A DNA stretch of 64,000 bases, from the IMG/VR virus record IMGVR_UViG_3300023110_001595, positions 11,783-75,782 of that record, one strand, 5' to 3'. The stretch is from a virus. How positions within the stretch are numbered: position 1 is the first letter of the stretch; every line of letters starts with the position of its first letter. Below are positions 28,585-37,748 of this stretch, piece after piece. The translations under genes and the position numbers were made by a program. Below the pieces are notes generated by a model. That model was not told where the DNA came from. It worked only from the letters and a program-made list of their open reading frames with translations, and did no database searches.

Positions 28585-30042
28585 ATGGCAGATTTTATAC
28601 CAGGTGAAGCATATAGATTAGATATCGTTGGAGCAGACGAATCAGTAATTGTAGATAGTTGGCAAGGACAAGTAAAAGCAGATGTTGTATCATCAAATGG
28701 ATTGATACAAGTTGATGTTTCAACAGGTAAACTTTATGGACCAATGGTCGGTAATATAGAAGATACCGAAGGTAATGTAGTTTTCAATTTATCAGCACAA
28801 GTTTTAAAATCCGATCTAGAAGGTAGCGTGTATGATACAAGCGGTCAAATCAAACTTATCGACGGTATGACTGCTAGAGTTATAGCACCTGTTTATGGTA
28901 ATGTTGTTGACAGCGAAGGTACAACTATTGTTGATACTGCAAATAAAACTATAACTGCAACTACGTTTACTGGCGATTTTTACGGAGATTTGCACGGTAA
29001 CATTACAAGTGACAGTGTTATATATGGTACATTTAGCGGCGACTTCAACGGTAACGCTTACGGTGAGTTTTTTGGCGACTTAGTTGGAGAGCACACGGGC
29101 GATGTTATTGGAGATTTAACTGGTAACGTTACCGGTAATGTAACAGGTAATGTAAATGGACATTTACTTGGTGCTAATTTGAATACAGCAGAAGGTGAAC
29201 CTCCTGAAGTAAAAATAACAAATTTAAACAACACAATCGAACATCCACAATATAGCTTTTACGGCGGCTTAGAACATCATATTGATCCTGATCCAGGTGC
29301 TGTTGCAAACGGTCCTATTGTTTATCTAGGTGATACTAGAGCAGATACTGCACTACGTGCTCATGTACATCATTATAACGGACAAGAGATTATCAAGTTA
29401 CATGATCCGGTTGATCCTACCAGCGAAACAGCACCTGCTACTATTAGAGGACATTTTGATGGAAACTTTATATACAGTGACGTAAATGGTGCACAGGATG
29501 CATTAACTGTTAGTGAACAAGGCACTGTGTTACACGCTGTAAACGGTGTTGTAACAATTGGTGGCTATATTACAGATGCAATAGATTGCGATATAAATAT
29601 TTTCTCAGATGCAATCACAGTGGAAACAAGTGCCGATGAAGAATTTTTAAATGTCAAAAACTACAATGGTACAGTAAATGCAAAAACTGCTATAGGAACA
29701 GATAATCCACTTGCAATTATTTCAGGTGAAGGTTACAATGGAACAAACTTTGTAACTGGTGGCTTGTTTGGTATCTATGCAGATGCAGCACCAACTGATA
29801 CTCATGTAGAAAGTAAATTTGTTGTTAGCTTACCGAAAGGAAACGACAATCACAGTCAAACAAATCCAAGACGTTTGAGCTTTGACGGTGACGGTGTATT
29901 GACAGTGCCTGTATTTAAAGCAAGAGGCACTACTTTTGCAGACAGAGATTCAATGACAGCAGAAGCTGGCATGATTATTTTTAATCAAAATACAAATAAA
30001 TTCCAAGGCTACACAGGTAGTTCTTGGGTTGACTTACACTAA
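28585..30042 (+). CDS. Fibre-like virion structural protein
   Basis: G(D/N)xxG tetrad repeats (GDFYGDLHG..GNVTGNVTGNVNG), acidic composition, and a C-terminal GMIIFNQNTNKFQGYTGSSW fibre module. Confidence 0.65.
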   Translation: MADFIPGEAYRLDIVGADESVIVDSWQGQVKADVVSSNGLIQVDVSTGKLYGPMVGNIEDTEGNVVFNLSAQVLKSDLEGSVYDTSGQIKLIDGMTARVIAPVYGNVVDSEGTTIVDTANKTITATTFTGDFYGDLHGNITSDSVIYGTFSGDFNGNAYGEFFGDLVGEHTGDVIGDLTGNVTGNVTGNVNGHLLGANLNTAEGEPPEVKITNLNNTIEHPQYSFYGGLEHHIDPDPGAVANGPIVYLGDTRADTALRAHVHHYNGQEIIKLHDPVDPTSETAPATIRGHFDGNFIYSDVNGAQDALTVSEQGTVLHAVNGVVTIGGYITDAIDCDINIFSDAITVETSADEEFLNVKNYNGTVNAKTAIGTDNPLAIISGEGYNGTNFVTGGLFGIYADAAPTDTHVESKFVVSLPKGNDNHSQTNPRRLSFDGDGVLTVPVFKARGTTFADRDSMTAEAGMIIFNQNTNKFQGYTGSSWVDLH

Positions 30043-30056
30043 ATTTATGTTATAAT
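30029..30056 (+). promoter_or_regulatory. Sigma70-type promoter TTGACT-16-(TGn)TATAAT
   Basis: -35 at 30029-30034, extended -10 ending at 30056, GGAGG RBS downstream. Confidence 0.65.
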
Positions 30057-30086
30057 AAAAACTAAAGATTCGGAGGTGTTTTCAGA

Positions 30087-31076
30087 ATGATCTATATTGA
30101 TGGAATAGAATATCTAGAAAGTGATAACGATCACGTAAGATCCGCAGTTATTAACTATCTTGAAAACTGGAATATTACAGTAACTACCAGCGGTACAACT
30201 GGTAATCCAAAAACATATCAACACAGTGCAGAACTAATGCGCAAAGTTGCAGAATACAATGCAGAATATTTTATGCTTGATTCAAACAGTAGTATGATGG
30301 CATTATACAATCCTAGAGGCATTGGTTTTACAAGTATGAGTTTGTATCCTTGTCATGTTGCAAACTGTGATACATTTATTGAGACAACAGTTGCAAATCT
30401 ACCAGATAGAATACGTGAAGTGCAGCCAACAAATATGTTGATACTTCCTAATGTTTGGAAAACTTGGCATAGACACAAAAAGTGGCAAAACTTGGATTTG
30501 AGCTGTATGAAGCAGATGCAAGTAGGCAGTGATATTACACCTACAGGACTTATGGAAGATTTGCGTTCAAAAGGTGCGCAACAGGTTAACACAGGTTACG
30601 GCAGCACAGAAGTACCTCCTATCATTATGAGTACAGAACGCCAAGACGTATATAAGTTAACCGATATTAATCCTAACATCGAATACAAGTTTGAGAAACA
30701 CGATGATGGCACAACTGAGTTTTGTTGTAAGTACAAAAATCAAACAGAATGGTGGAACAGTGGCGACCTAGTAGAGTTTACAGACACAGATGAGTTTGCA
30801 CTATCGGGACGTAGATTTAATGCATTCAAAATGGAAAACTGTGGTGACAGAGTTTATCCAGAACAAATCGAAAAAGTTGCTATTGAAAATGGTGCAAGTT
30901 TAGCACTATGTAGAAAAGTTGCACACGAATGTGTTGTGTATTACACAGGTGATTTGGATATTACTAAGTTTACAAAACAACATAAGTGCGCATACGAAAT
31001 CACAGCAAAAAAAGTAGACGAAATCAAAGTAGACGATAATCTGCGTAAGATTGATAGGACACAAGTTTTTGTATAG
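30087..31076 (+). CDS. Compact AMP-forming adenylation enzyme (ANL/acyl-CoA ligase family)
   Basis: TTSGTTGNPK, GYGSTE, SGD, GR..VYPEQIE and C-terminal RKIDR. Confidence 0.85.
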   Translation: MIYIDGIEYLESDNDHVRSAVINYLENWNITVTTSGTTGNPKTYQHSAELMRKVAEYNAEYFMLDSNSSMMALYNPRGIGFTSMSLYPCHVANCDTFIETTVANLPDRIREVQPTNMLILPNVWKTWHRHKKWQNLDLSCMKQMQVGSDITPTGLMEDLRSKGAQQVNTGYGSTEVPPIIMSTERQDVYKLTDINPNIEYKFEKHDDGTTEFCCKYKNQTEWWNSGDLVEFTDTDEFALSGRRFNAFKMENCGDRVYPEQIEKVAIENGASLALCRKVAHECVVYYTGDLDITKFTKQHKCAYEITAKKVDEIKVDDNLRKIDRTQVFV

Positions 31077-31683
31077 ACTAGAAGTTTACGACGGTACACA
31101 GGATTTAGAAGATTGGTACGAAGGTGCTGCTGCTAGAGGCTTTTACAACAACCATAACAAAACAGTGCTTATTGATTATATTGATAAGCACGAAGATGCT
31201 ACACTAATACTTTTATATTATAAAGACAGAGTAATAGGCACAACAATCACACACAGTTTGCGTCAACTAGGAATATTAGGTAAAGATGCACATCGTATTG
31301 CTGCACGTACAGCATTGCTTATTGAACGTGTGGATGACATACGTGGACACAAAGTACACAACAATGATCGCAGCCCAATGAATCATCACACAAGTCAAAT
31401 GCTAACACCTGCTTGTTTTTATTACTTAGGGCTAGACAAGCCTATGTATGTAAGCACAAACAACTTAGAGACAGCAAGCCAACGTAAAGTGCATAGAACT
31501 TGGGCAAAGATTATGCATAGACACAAATATCTTAAAGATCCTTTTGAACTAGAGTACAAAGGTGCATTTCAAACATTTTGGAAAGTAGATGTTGAACACT
31601 GGTTAAATGATTTGTCTAAAGTGCAATGGCCCGAATCAAAACAAGTGCTAGACGTATTTGCTGCACAACTCAAAAAAGTCTGA
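31051..31683 (+). CDS. Hypothetical protein, possibly GNAT-fold acyltransferase
   Basis: Coupled to the ANL gene; LILLYYKDRVIG..HRIAART strand pattern; weak assignment. Confidence 0.4.
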   Translation: MIGHKFLYRLEVYDGTQDLEDWYEGAAARGFYNNHNKTVLIDYIDKHEDATLILLYYKDRVIGTTITHSLRQLGILGKDAHRIAARTALLIERVDDIRGHKVHNNDRSPMNHHTSQMLTPACFYYLGLDKPMYVSTNNLETASQRKVHRTWAKIMHRHKYLKDPFELEYKGAFQTFWKVDVEHWLNDLSKVQWPESKQVLDVFAAQLKKV

Positions 31684-33021
31684 CATTTCTGGAAACACTT
31701 GTTTGTGATCAACTCCACGTCTGCGTCCTTGTTCTTTAAAGAAGTTGTGGAAATCTCTACGTCCTTGTATAACTTTTTCTAACGGATATTCTGTTGTATC
31801 CATGTAATCAACAACACGTCTAAACTTTTCATATTCTATAGTGCTAAATGCATCTTTGCGATTGTCATCTACATTTTCTTTTATAAACTGCAAATGGTCA
31901 CGCATATAAGTCATATAGTTGTTTGGCAGTATATTAATATCATATTGTAGAGGCTCTTTAAGATGTGGTGTATCAAAACCCAAACGTTGCCATCTGTGTG
32001 TTTCTACATCATTATACTTGGCACGCCATTCTAATATTTTTTCTAGTAGTGTGCGGAATGTTGTTACACTGAATATGTTAAACGTAATCATCAACACCAT
32101 AGGTGCTTCACAGTTACGCATAAAATAATCCAAGTTGCGTTCAAAAACTTCGATGTCTAATCCGTCACGTATGTATTCTGCACGTTTACCCCAAGTGTCA
32201 ATACTTGTAAACATTTTAAAGCGTCTAATCTTGTTGTTTGTTAACAGGTCATTTACACGGTTTGTAAACTTTTCTAACTGCTTTGGTTTGCCACCTAAGT
32301 TGCTGTTACAGTTTAATTCAAGTTCTGGCTTAGGGTCTGCGTCCAACATATCAAACAGTTTATATGTGCTTTTTTGTATTGTAGGCTCACCACCTGTAAT
32401 ACGCAATATGTGTAACTCTTTACTTAATTCTGGCCACCAGCGCCAAAATGCATCTAAATACGGATTGTTTTCTTCTTCAAATATTTGAAACCAATCAATG
32501 TCGCATCTATGGTTTTTTACGTTTGTATATGGGCCATGTTGTTTGATTTCTTGATAATATCTACTGCTGGCTTTTGGATGACAGTATCCACAACGGAAGT
32601 TACACTCATTACCAAAACTAACTTCTAAGTATTCTGGATTTACATCAAACTCTGCACCACCTTCTTTTACAGCGTTTAGTCTATGTTTAAAGAAGATAGT
32701 TTGATTACGCTGTTTTCTATCACTTACGTAATCTTTGCCAAGTGCTTCAATCTTCCAACAATAGTTACAACCAGTAGGTTGTTCGCCACGCATCATTGCA
32801 GCACGTTCTTGCTTCTTTTGCGCTGTGTTGTGTATTGCACTTGGATTTTCTAACAACGGTGCTGTGTCAATCTTATGAGGAGCAGGATGATAACAACTGT
32901 GTGTTTCACCTGTTTGGAAATATATATTGGCATGATACCATTTAGCAAAACAAAACGTTGGTGATATTTCTTGTGTTATACCATCAATGCGTTTAATTTC
33001 TTCGCTTTCGCTACGCTCCAT
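31648..33021 (-). CDS. Radical SAM enzyme with N-terminal Twitch domain (subfamily C)
   Basis: CFAKW..HSCYH..CNYC, CNFRCGYC and TGGEPT. Confidence 0.9.
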   Translation of the reverse strand: MERSESEEIKRIDGITQEISPTFCFAKWYHANIYFQTGETHSCYHPAPHKIDTAPLLENPSAIHNTAQKKQERAAMMRGEQPTGCNYCWKIEALGKDYVSDRKQRNQTIFFKHRLNAVKEGGAEFDVNPEYLEVSFGNECNFRCGYCHPKASSRYYQEIKQHGPYTNVKNHRCDIDWFQIFEEENNPYLDAFWRWWPELSKELHILRITGGEPTIQKSTYKLFDMLDADPKPELELNCNSNLGGKPKQLEKFTNRVNDLLTNNKIRRFKMFTSIDTWGKRAEYIRDGLDIEVFERNLDYFMRNCEAPMVLMITFNIFSVTTFRTLLEKILEWRAKYNDVETHRWQRLGFDTPHLKEPLQYDINILPNNYMTYMRDHLQFIKENVDDNRKDAFSTIEYEKFRRVVDYMDTTEYPLEKVIQGRRDFHNFFKEQGRRRGVDHKQVFPEMSDFFELCSKYV

Positions 33022-33947
33022 TATTGTTCTCTATCTAAAAATTTTCTACTGTTGTCTCTTACAGGATTTTGGTATACATTTTTAAAGAACATACTTTGTT
33101 GTGCGTTTAAAGGATCTTCAGCAATGGGTATATTTAATTCTTCAATTAATTTTTCGCCTAAATAATTAGTATCCAATTCCATGCTTTCTTCATCAAATTC
33201 ACCTTTTTGATCCCAATATTCATTAAGCCATTCAAAATCACGTACATTAACATAATCCCAATCTGTACACATAGTTTTGTACAAACCTTCTCTAGCACCG
33301 TATATAGCCCAACGTCCGTTTTCAACGTCTGCACCTACCATTAACCAAATATACAATCGGTGTAAGTTTTTCCAGTGATTACGTTTAAATCCTTCATAGT
33401 CAGGACGAACACCTTGATCTAATGCCATTTTAACGCCTTCACGGAAACCAGCACGCCACGCCTGATGAGGTGTAGCATTGTTATATATCATACTATATGT
33501 TCCGTTCATTTGTACATATTCAGTATCCCAACAAAAATCTACCTGTGCGTGTGGATTATCTTTTGGAGCATTTTCGTGTGTGCGCATATTTAAAACATGA
33601 CTCTTAGGCCAACATTTAATTCCGCCGTTTCCATACGCTAATCCGTTGATTATATTTTCAGCAGTCCAACTAATAACCTTATTAGTTAAATCAGTATCTT
33701 CATCAAAGTTTATAACCTGTGACAAAAAATCATCTCTAATTCTATTATCACCATCTACGGTAATAAATCTATCTGTTGTAGATTTTTCAGCAGCAGCTTT
33801 GTGTGCGCTATCACTACCTTTTACACCATGTACTCGTTCGGCCCAAGGAACCTTACTACATAAGTCTGCAAAATTTTGTTCTGCATTTGGTTCGTCATAT
33901 GACAAGTATATAATATCGTAATCAACAACTCTGAATGTGCTAGGCAT
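33021..33947 (-). CDS. GT-A-like glycosyltransferase, paralogue of 27478-28512
   Basis: YLSYDEPNAEQN..HGVKGSDSAHKAAA..FITVDGDN..YGNGGIK..AWRAGFREG. Confidence 0.65.
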   Translation of the reverse strand: MPSTFRVVDYDIIYLSYDEPNAEQNFADLCSKVPWAERVHGVKGSDSAHKAAAEKSTTDRFITVDGDNRIRDDFLSQVINFDEDTDLTNKVISWTAENIINGLAYGNGGIKCWPKSHVLNMRTHENAPKDNPHAQVDFCWDTEYVQMNGTYSMIYNNATPHQAWRAGFREGVKMALDQGVRPDYEGFKRNHWKNLHRLYIWLMVGADVENGRWAIYGAREGLYKTMCTDWDYVNVRDFEWLNEYWDQKGEFDEESMELDTNYLGEKLIEELNIPIAEDPLNAQQSMFFKNVYQNPVRDNSRKFLDREQ

Positions 33948-34488
33948 CAACTTCCTCTAGATAGTAAGAATCAAATCTACGTGTAGTATACACAGAAAAC
34001 GGTGTTCCGTCAAATTCAAAATCTTCTGAAAATGGCACAAAATTTCCATCTGTAAATTTTATAAGTCTATATAATACATTTGGATCATTCTTTTTTGTAA
34101 TGCTAAAATAATACTTTGAAAGATCTATGTTAATATTTTGATCTAACAATTCTGATTCAAATTTATCATCTAACATTATATGCCAACTTTTGTTTTTATT
34201 ATTTTTAGTTAGAATTACTTGTTTCTCTTTCGGAATAGCAGTGGGTATTTCATATAGAAAACTCCACATTAATTTATCCTCGTCTATTTGCTTTGTATTT
34301 TTTATACTGTATTTTTTCTCGATAAAATCAAATTCTACTTTGTGTTCAAGAAGACTTAATTTTCCTGTAATAAAATCTTCAACTTCTTCTATATCAACTT
34401 CTAAAAATTGAAATCTTTTGTCAGGCTGGTTGCTTATTTTGTAAATTGTTCCATCGTCTTCAAAACATACAAATCTTTTTACATTCAT
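33940..34488 (-). CDS. Hypothetical protein
   Basis: 182-aa ORF coupled to both neighbours. Confidence 0.7.
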   Translation of the reverse strand: MNVKRFVCFEDDGTIYKISNQPDKRFQFLEVDIEEVEDFITGKLSLLEHKVEFDFIEKKYSIKNTKQIDEDKLMWSFLYEIPTAIPKEKQVILTKNNKNKSWHIMLDDKFESELLDQNINIDLSKYYFSITKKNDPNVLYRLIKFTDGNFVPFSEDFEFDGTPFSVYTTRRFDSYYLEEVDA

Positions 34489-35336
34489 ATTCCTAAGACC
34501 TTTTCATATTTTTTAATTATGTCATTAGTAACAAAATCTTTTTCGGTGTAATGAAAGATTCCATTTTGTTGATAATTTCCAATTTTCAATTTTAGATCGT
34601 CGTCTAAATATACACCTACTCTGTCTTGCCATCTAACTGAAAAATTATCGTTCCAATTTTGACATTTTGGTTTCATATGCACAAAACTAGGATATTCACT
34701 TTTATTATTTGTAATCAAATGCGTATTATCTAGTAATAAACTTGCTATAGATGCTGTTAAATCCATACTTGGATTGTTTAAATGTTTTAGCTTGTTATTT
34801 ACTGTTTTATAAATTGATTGCCAATTATTTGTTATTAATTCAAGCCAGTCATTAAACTCGTGTGCTAAATCTGATTTTTTAAAATAATGAAAACCACTGT
34901 ATAAACTTGGAATATTGTTTAGGTAAAAATGGTTGTATCTATAATAGTTTTTATCAGGAATCACTTCTCCTCTATATGTTGTAACTTTGCTAGTATAAAA
35001 TAAATCGTAATTTTCTAAATAATCAAACCAAAAAGAAATGTCATCTAATACCAGCATATCTGTATCTATCACTGCTGTGTTTTCATATGGTATAGCGTGA
35101 TAAATTTTCCATCTATTACTAACTTTCCAATCTTCGTTTTCAGCGTGATCGCCCCAAGGAATTTCCACTATATGATCAAACACCTGCTTGTATTTTCGTG
35201 GCACTGGATCATTTGTAATTAAGCATACACTGCTATTTTCATTTGTAACTTTAATACTCATTGCAGCTAAGTATGCTTGACGCACGTAGTCAAAATTACT
35301 GTTTTGGGCAAGCATAGTAAAATTATTGGTTGTCAA
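34485..35336 (-). CDS. GT8-like glycosyltransferase
   Basis: YVRQAYLAAMSIK, PYENTAVIDTDML (DxD), YSGFHYFKKS and FVHMK. Confidence 0.7.
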   Translation of the reverse strand: MTTNNFTMLAQNSNFDYVRQAYLAAMSIKVTNENSSVCLITNDPVPRKYKQVFDHIVEIPWGDHAENEDWKVSNRWKIYHAIPYENTAVIDTDMLVLDDISFWFDYLENYDLFYTSKVTTYRGEVIPDKNYYRYNHFYLNNIPSLYSGFHYFKKSDLAHEFNDWLELITNNWQSIYKTVNNKLKHLNNPSMDLTASIASLLLDNTHLITNNKSEYPSFVHMKPKCQNWNDNFSVRWQDRVGVYLDDDLKLKIGNYQQNGIFHYTEKDFVTNDIIKKYEKVLGI

Positions 35337-36153
35337 TTATTCTCTCCAAGCTAAACTTATTCATTATATGACAATTACTGCCTTTGAGATTTACTGCTGT
35401 ATACTCACCAAAACGATTTGTTTTTTGTACAAGAATTTTTATTTCATCTTCAACTATATCAAGTAAAACATCTTTGTCAATAGCATAAAATTTCTTGCCT
35501 GGAAGTATACCCGCAAAGTCACCAGATTTGTATCCATTCATTATGTGTAGCGCAATGCTAAAAGCAAAATCATTTCTATATACAGTTGTACGGAATTGAT
35601 ACATACTTCTATAATGCATATAATTTTCTTTAATATGCTTTACTAAATCAAAAAACATTTTTGTTTGTTCTGATTTTTTAAAATAAAATACAGTAGCCCA
35701 ATAAAAATCTATGCTGGTATCACTAATACGTAAAAATTCAGATGTTCCTGTGTGTATACCTACGTGGATTGCATCCTTGTAAAGTAACAATTCCTTCTGT
35801 TGTAAAAAGCAATTATTTAAAATATCATTACTAATAACGTAATCAGTATCCATTACAATTGTTTCATCATAAGGAGTAAGGTAATATACGTCTGCCCTAT
35901 CGGTATTTAGAAAAGATGTTATCTTATTATATAAGTCACCGTCGTGATGTCTTTTTGTCGTATTATGATAATTTTTGCTAGTCGATTGAATTACAGTATC
36001 AAACAAATTATTACTATTATCATAGTCAGAGGTTGTAACAAGACTGACTGGTAAGTTCAAATACTTTTGTATTCTTTTTGCTAAAAATTCAGCTTGTTTT
36101 ATATAGTTTAGTGTACCGTTGTTGTTAGCAAATAACAAGACGCCTTTTGTCAT
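35323..36153 (-). CDS. GT8-like glycosyltransferase, paralogue of the adjacent gene
   Basis: PYDETIVMDTDY (DxD), WATVFYFKKS, RNDFAFSIA and HIMNK. Confidence 0.7.
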   Translation of the reverse strand: MTKGVLLFANNNGTLNYIKQAEFLAKRIQKYLNLPVSLVTTSDYDNSNNLFDTVIQSTSKNYHNTTKRHHDGDLYNKITSFLNTDRADVYYLTPYDETIVMDTDYVISNDILNNCFLQQKELLLYKDAIHVGIHTGTSEFLRISDTSIDFYWATVFYFKKSEQTKMFFDLVKHIKENYMHYRSMYQFRTTVYRNDFAFSIALHIMNGYKSGDFAGILPGKKFYAIDKDVLLDIVEDEIKILVQKTNRFGEYTAVNLKGSNCHIMNKFSLERIIDNQ

Positions 36154-36497
36154 AAATTTATAATACTTTCAACAGTTCTGTTTTTTTTCAATTTGTTATA
36201 TTCAACAAAATATTGGTTAGTTGCTTCAAAATATTTTGTGTATAATTCAGCACTAAAATTTGCAACATTATCTACTTCAATCGGTATACTGTTATCATCA
36301 ATCAAGATTGTTCCATCCTGTTCTAAAGTTACTAAACTTTGACAAAAACTTATAAGTTCTTGTGTAACTGTAAATTGTCCACCGTTATAGTAGTATACTA
36401 AATTTTCTTTATATTGCTCTCTTAACAAACGTTTTTGATTGTTTAGAGTAACCATATAGTTACTGTGGTCTAATGCTTTTTGAAGACGTTCGTCCAT
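36150..36497 (-). CDS. Hypothetical protein (115 aa)
   Basis: GGAGG RBS; first gene of the GT operon. Confidence 0.7.
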   Translation of the reverse strand: MDERLQKALDHSNYMVTLNNQKRLLREQYKENLVYYYNGGQFTVTQELISFCQSLVTLEQDGTILIDDNSIPIEVDNVANFSAELYTKYFEATNQYFVEYNKLKKNRTVESIINL

Positions 36498-36519
36498 ATA
36501 TACCTCCTAGATATGTTAT

Positions 36520-36548
36520 AGTATATATTAAACTATTTGTATTGTCAA
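36520..36548 (-). promoter_or_regulatory. Sigma70 promoter TTGACA-17-TATACT
   Basis: -35 at 36543-36548 directly after the upstream stop; -10 at 36520-36525. Confidence 0.75.
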
Positions 36549-37700
36549 TTATAAATCGGAATCTTTTGTTCCGGTTGGAACATCAAGCACGATTCCATTG
36601 TAAGTTACACCATCGTATACAAATGTACTGTTTGGTGTTTTTGTGTAAACTGTGCTTGTAATAGTTGCTCCTACACTTTCATCTGCAGGAGCACCTTGTT
36701 CACCAAATTCTTGTTGATATCCAGTCCCTGTATCACCGTCGTCAAATTCAATTCTAAATTGTAACTGTGTAGCACTGGCTAATGCACTATTAGTTCTAGC
36801 ATAAATTCTAAAAAAGTTATCATCGTAGATCTGGCTTACAGGAATACCTCCAGGATTACCACCTGCTCTACCGCCGCCTTGTTTCTCAAATATTTTAGTC
36901 CAAGTAGCACCACTACTAATATTAGCGTTACTATATCCTGTGCCCGAACCAGGACTAATTGCTTCACAAATCCAATCTGTTTGATTTCTACGTCTGAATC
37001 TTACAGTTCCGCTGTCACTTAAAACTTGAGCCCAATCCCAATCCTTACTATAAAGAGTGCCTGTTGTGCCTCCTGTTGCACTAGATTGAAAAAGTATTTC
37101 TCCGCCGGCTGCTAAGAAGTAAATTAATTCATTATGACTAGGAAAATTTACTGTAACTTCGTGCCTAATTACTTTTACGGCATCTGCACTACCGCCCCAA
37201 TTTGCTGTCCTTTGACTAGATGTGCTTACTCCGCCACTGGTTTCTAACGGCTCTAATCCTGTAAAACTACTGCTAGGAAATTCTGTAGAAGCATGATTAA
37301 ATGCTAAAACTGTATCAGCAATAGTATCTAAATCTAATTTATGCTGCCAAGCAATAAGATCTCTATTAGATATATCTGCAAAATCTGGATAAGTTAGTTT
37401 ACCTTCAAATTCAGTAGGATCGATATCACTTGCTAAACTTGCATAGCAGTGATTATGTCCTGCCTGTAAATCTAGCCATAAATTAAAATGTTGTTGTTCG
37501 GTAACCGTATCACTAACCCCTGGAGTACTGCCTCCAACTACATTGTCACTTGTAAAATTCCTACCATATCCTCCAGATGTAGTAAGAGGAGTTGTTAAAC
37601 TACCATAATCATTATAGACAGAAACATTGCCTAAACGTCCAGCTATTAATTCTCTAATTGCATTATAATGTGATGCTAGTATCGGGGTATTTACAGCCAT
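36549..37700 (-). CDS. Virion structural/tail-associated protein
   Basis: G/S/T-rich; shares WGG..H.V.V.F..F.AGG.I.F..K..DW..L..SG with 37749-38651; lies in the tail module. Confidence 0.65.
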   Translation of the reverse strand: MAVNTPILASHYNAIRELIAGRLGNVSVYNDYGSLTTPLTTSGGYGRNFTSDNVVGGSTPGVSDTVTEQQHFNLWLDLQAGHNHCYASLASDIDPTEFEGKLTYPDFADISNRDLIAWQHKLDLDTIADTVLAFNHASTEFPSSSFTGLEPLETSGGVSTSSQRTANWGGSADAVKVIRHEVTVNFPSHNELIYFLAAGGEILFQSSATGGTTGTLYSKDWDWAQVLSDSGTVRFRRRNQTDWICEAISPGSGTGYSNANISSGATWTKIFEKQGGGRAGGNPGGIPVSQIYDDNFFRIYARTNSALASATQLQFRIEFDDGDTGTGYQQEFGEQGAPADESVGATITSTVYTKTPNSTFVYDGVTYNGIVLDVPTGTKDSDL

Positions 37701-37718
37701 TATATTTCCTTTTTTAAC

Positions 37719-37747
37719 ATTTTAAACTATGCACACAAATTTGTCAA
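37719..37747 (-). promoter_or_regulatory. Sigma70-type promoter TTGACA-17-TAAAAT
   Basis: -35 at 37742-37747, -10 at 37719-37724. Confidence 0.6.
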
Positions 37748-37748
37748 A

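Noticed and set aside
28960-29160. GGTAA(C/T)GT-type short DNA repeats as a CRISPR or regulatory repeat
   Set aside because: They encode GNVT/GDxx fibre tetrads within a CDS (also near 42960-43010); there is no repeat-spacer structure.
1-36497. Bacterial chromosomal polysaccharide or secondary-metabolite locus beside a prophage
   Set aside because: No transporters, regulators or housekeeping genes are present. The phage late-type motif and a fibre-like gene occur inside the cluster, and it is contiguous with the tail module.
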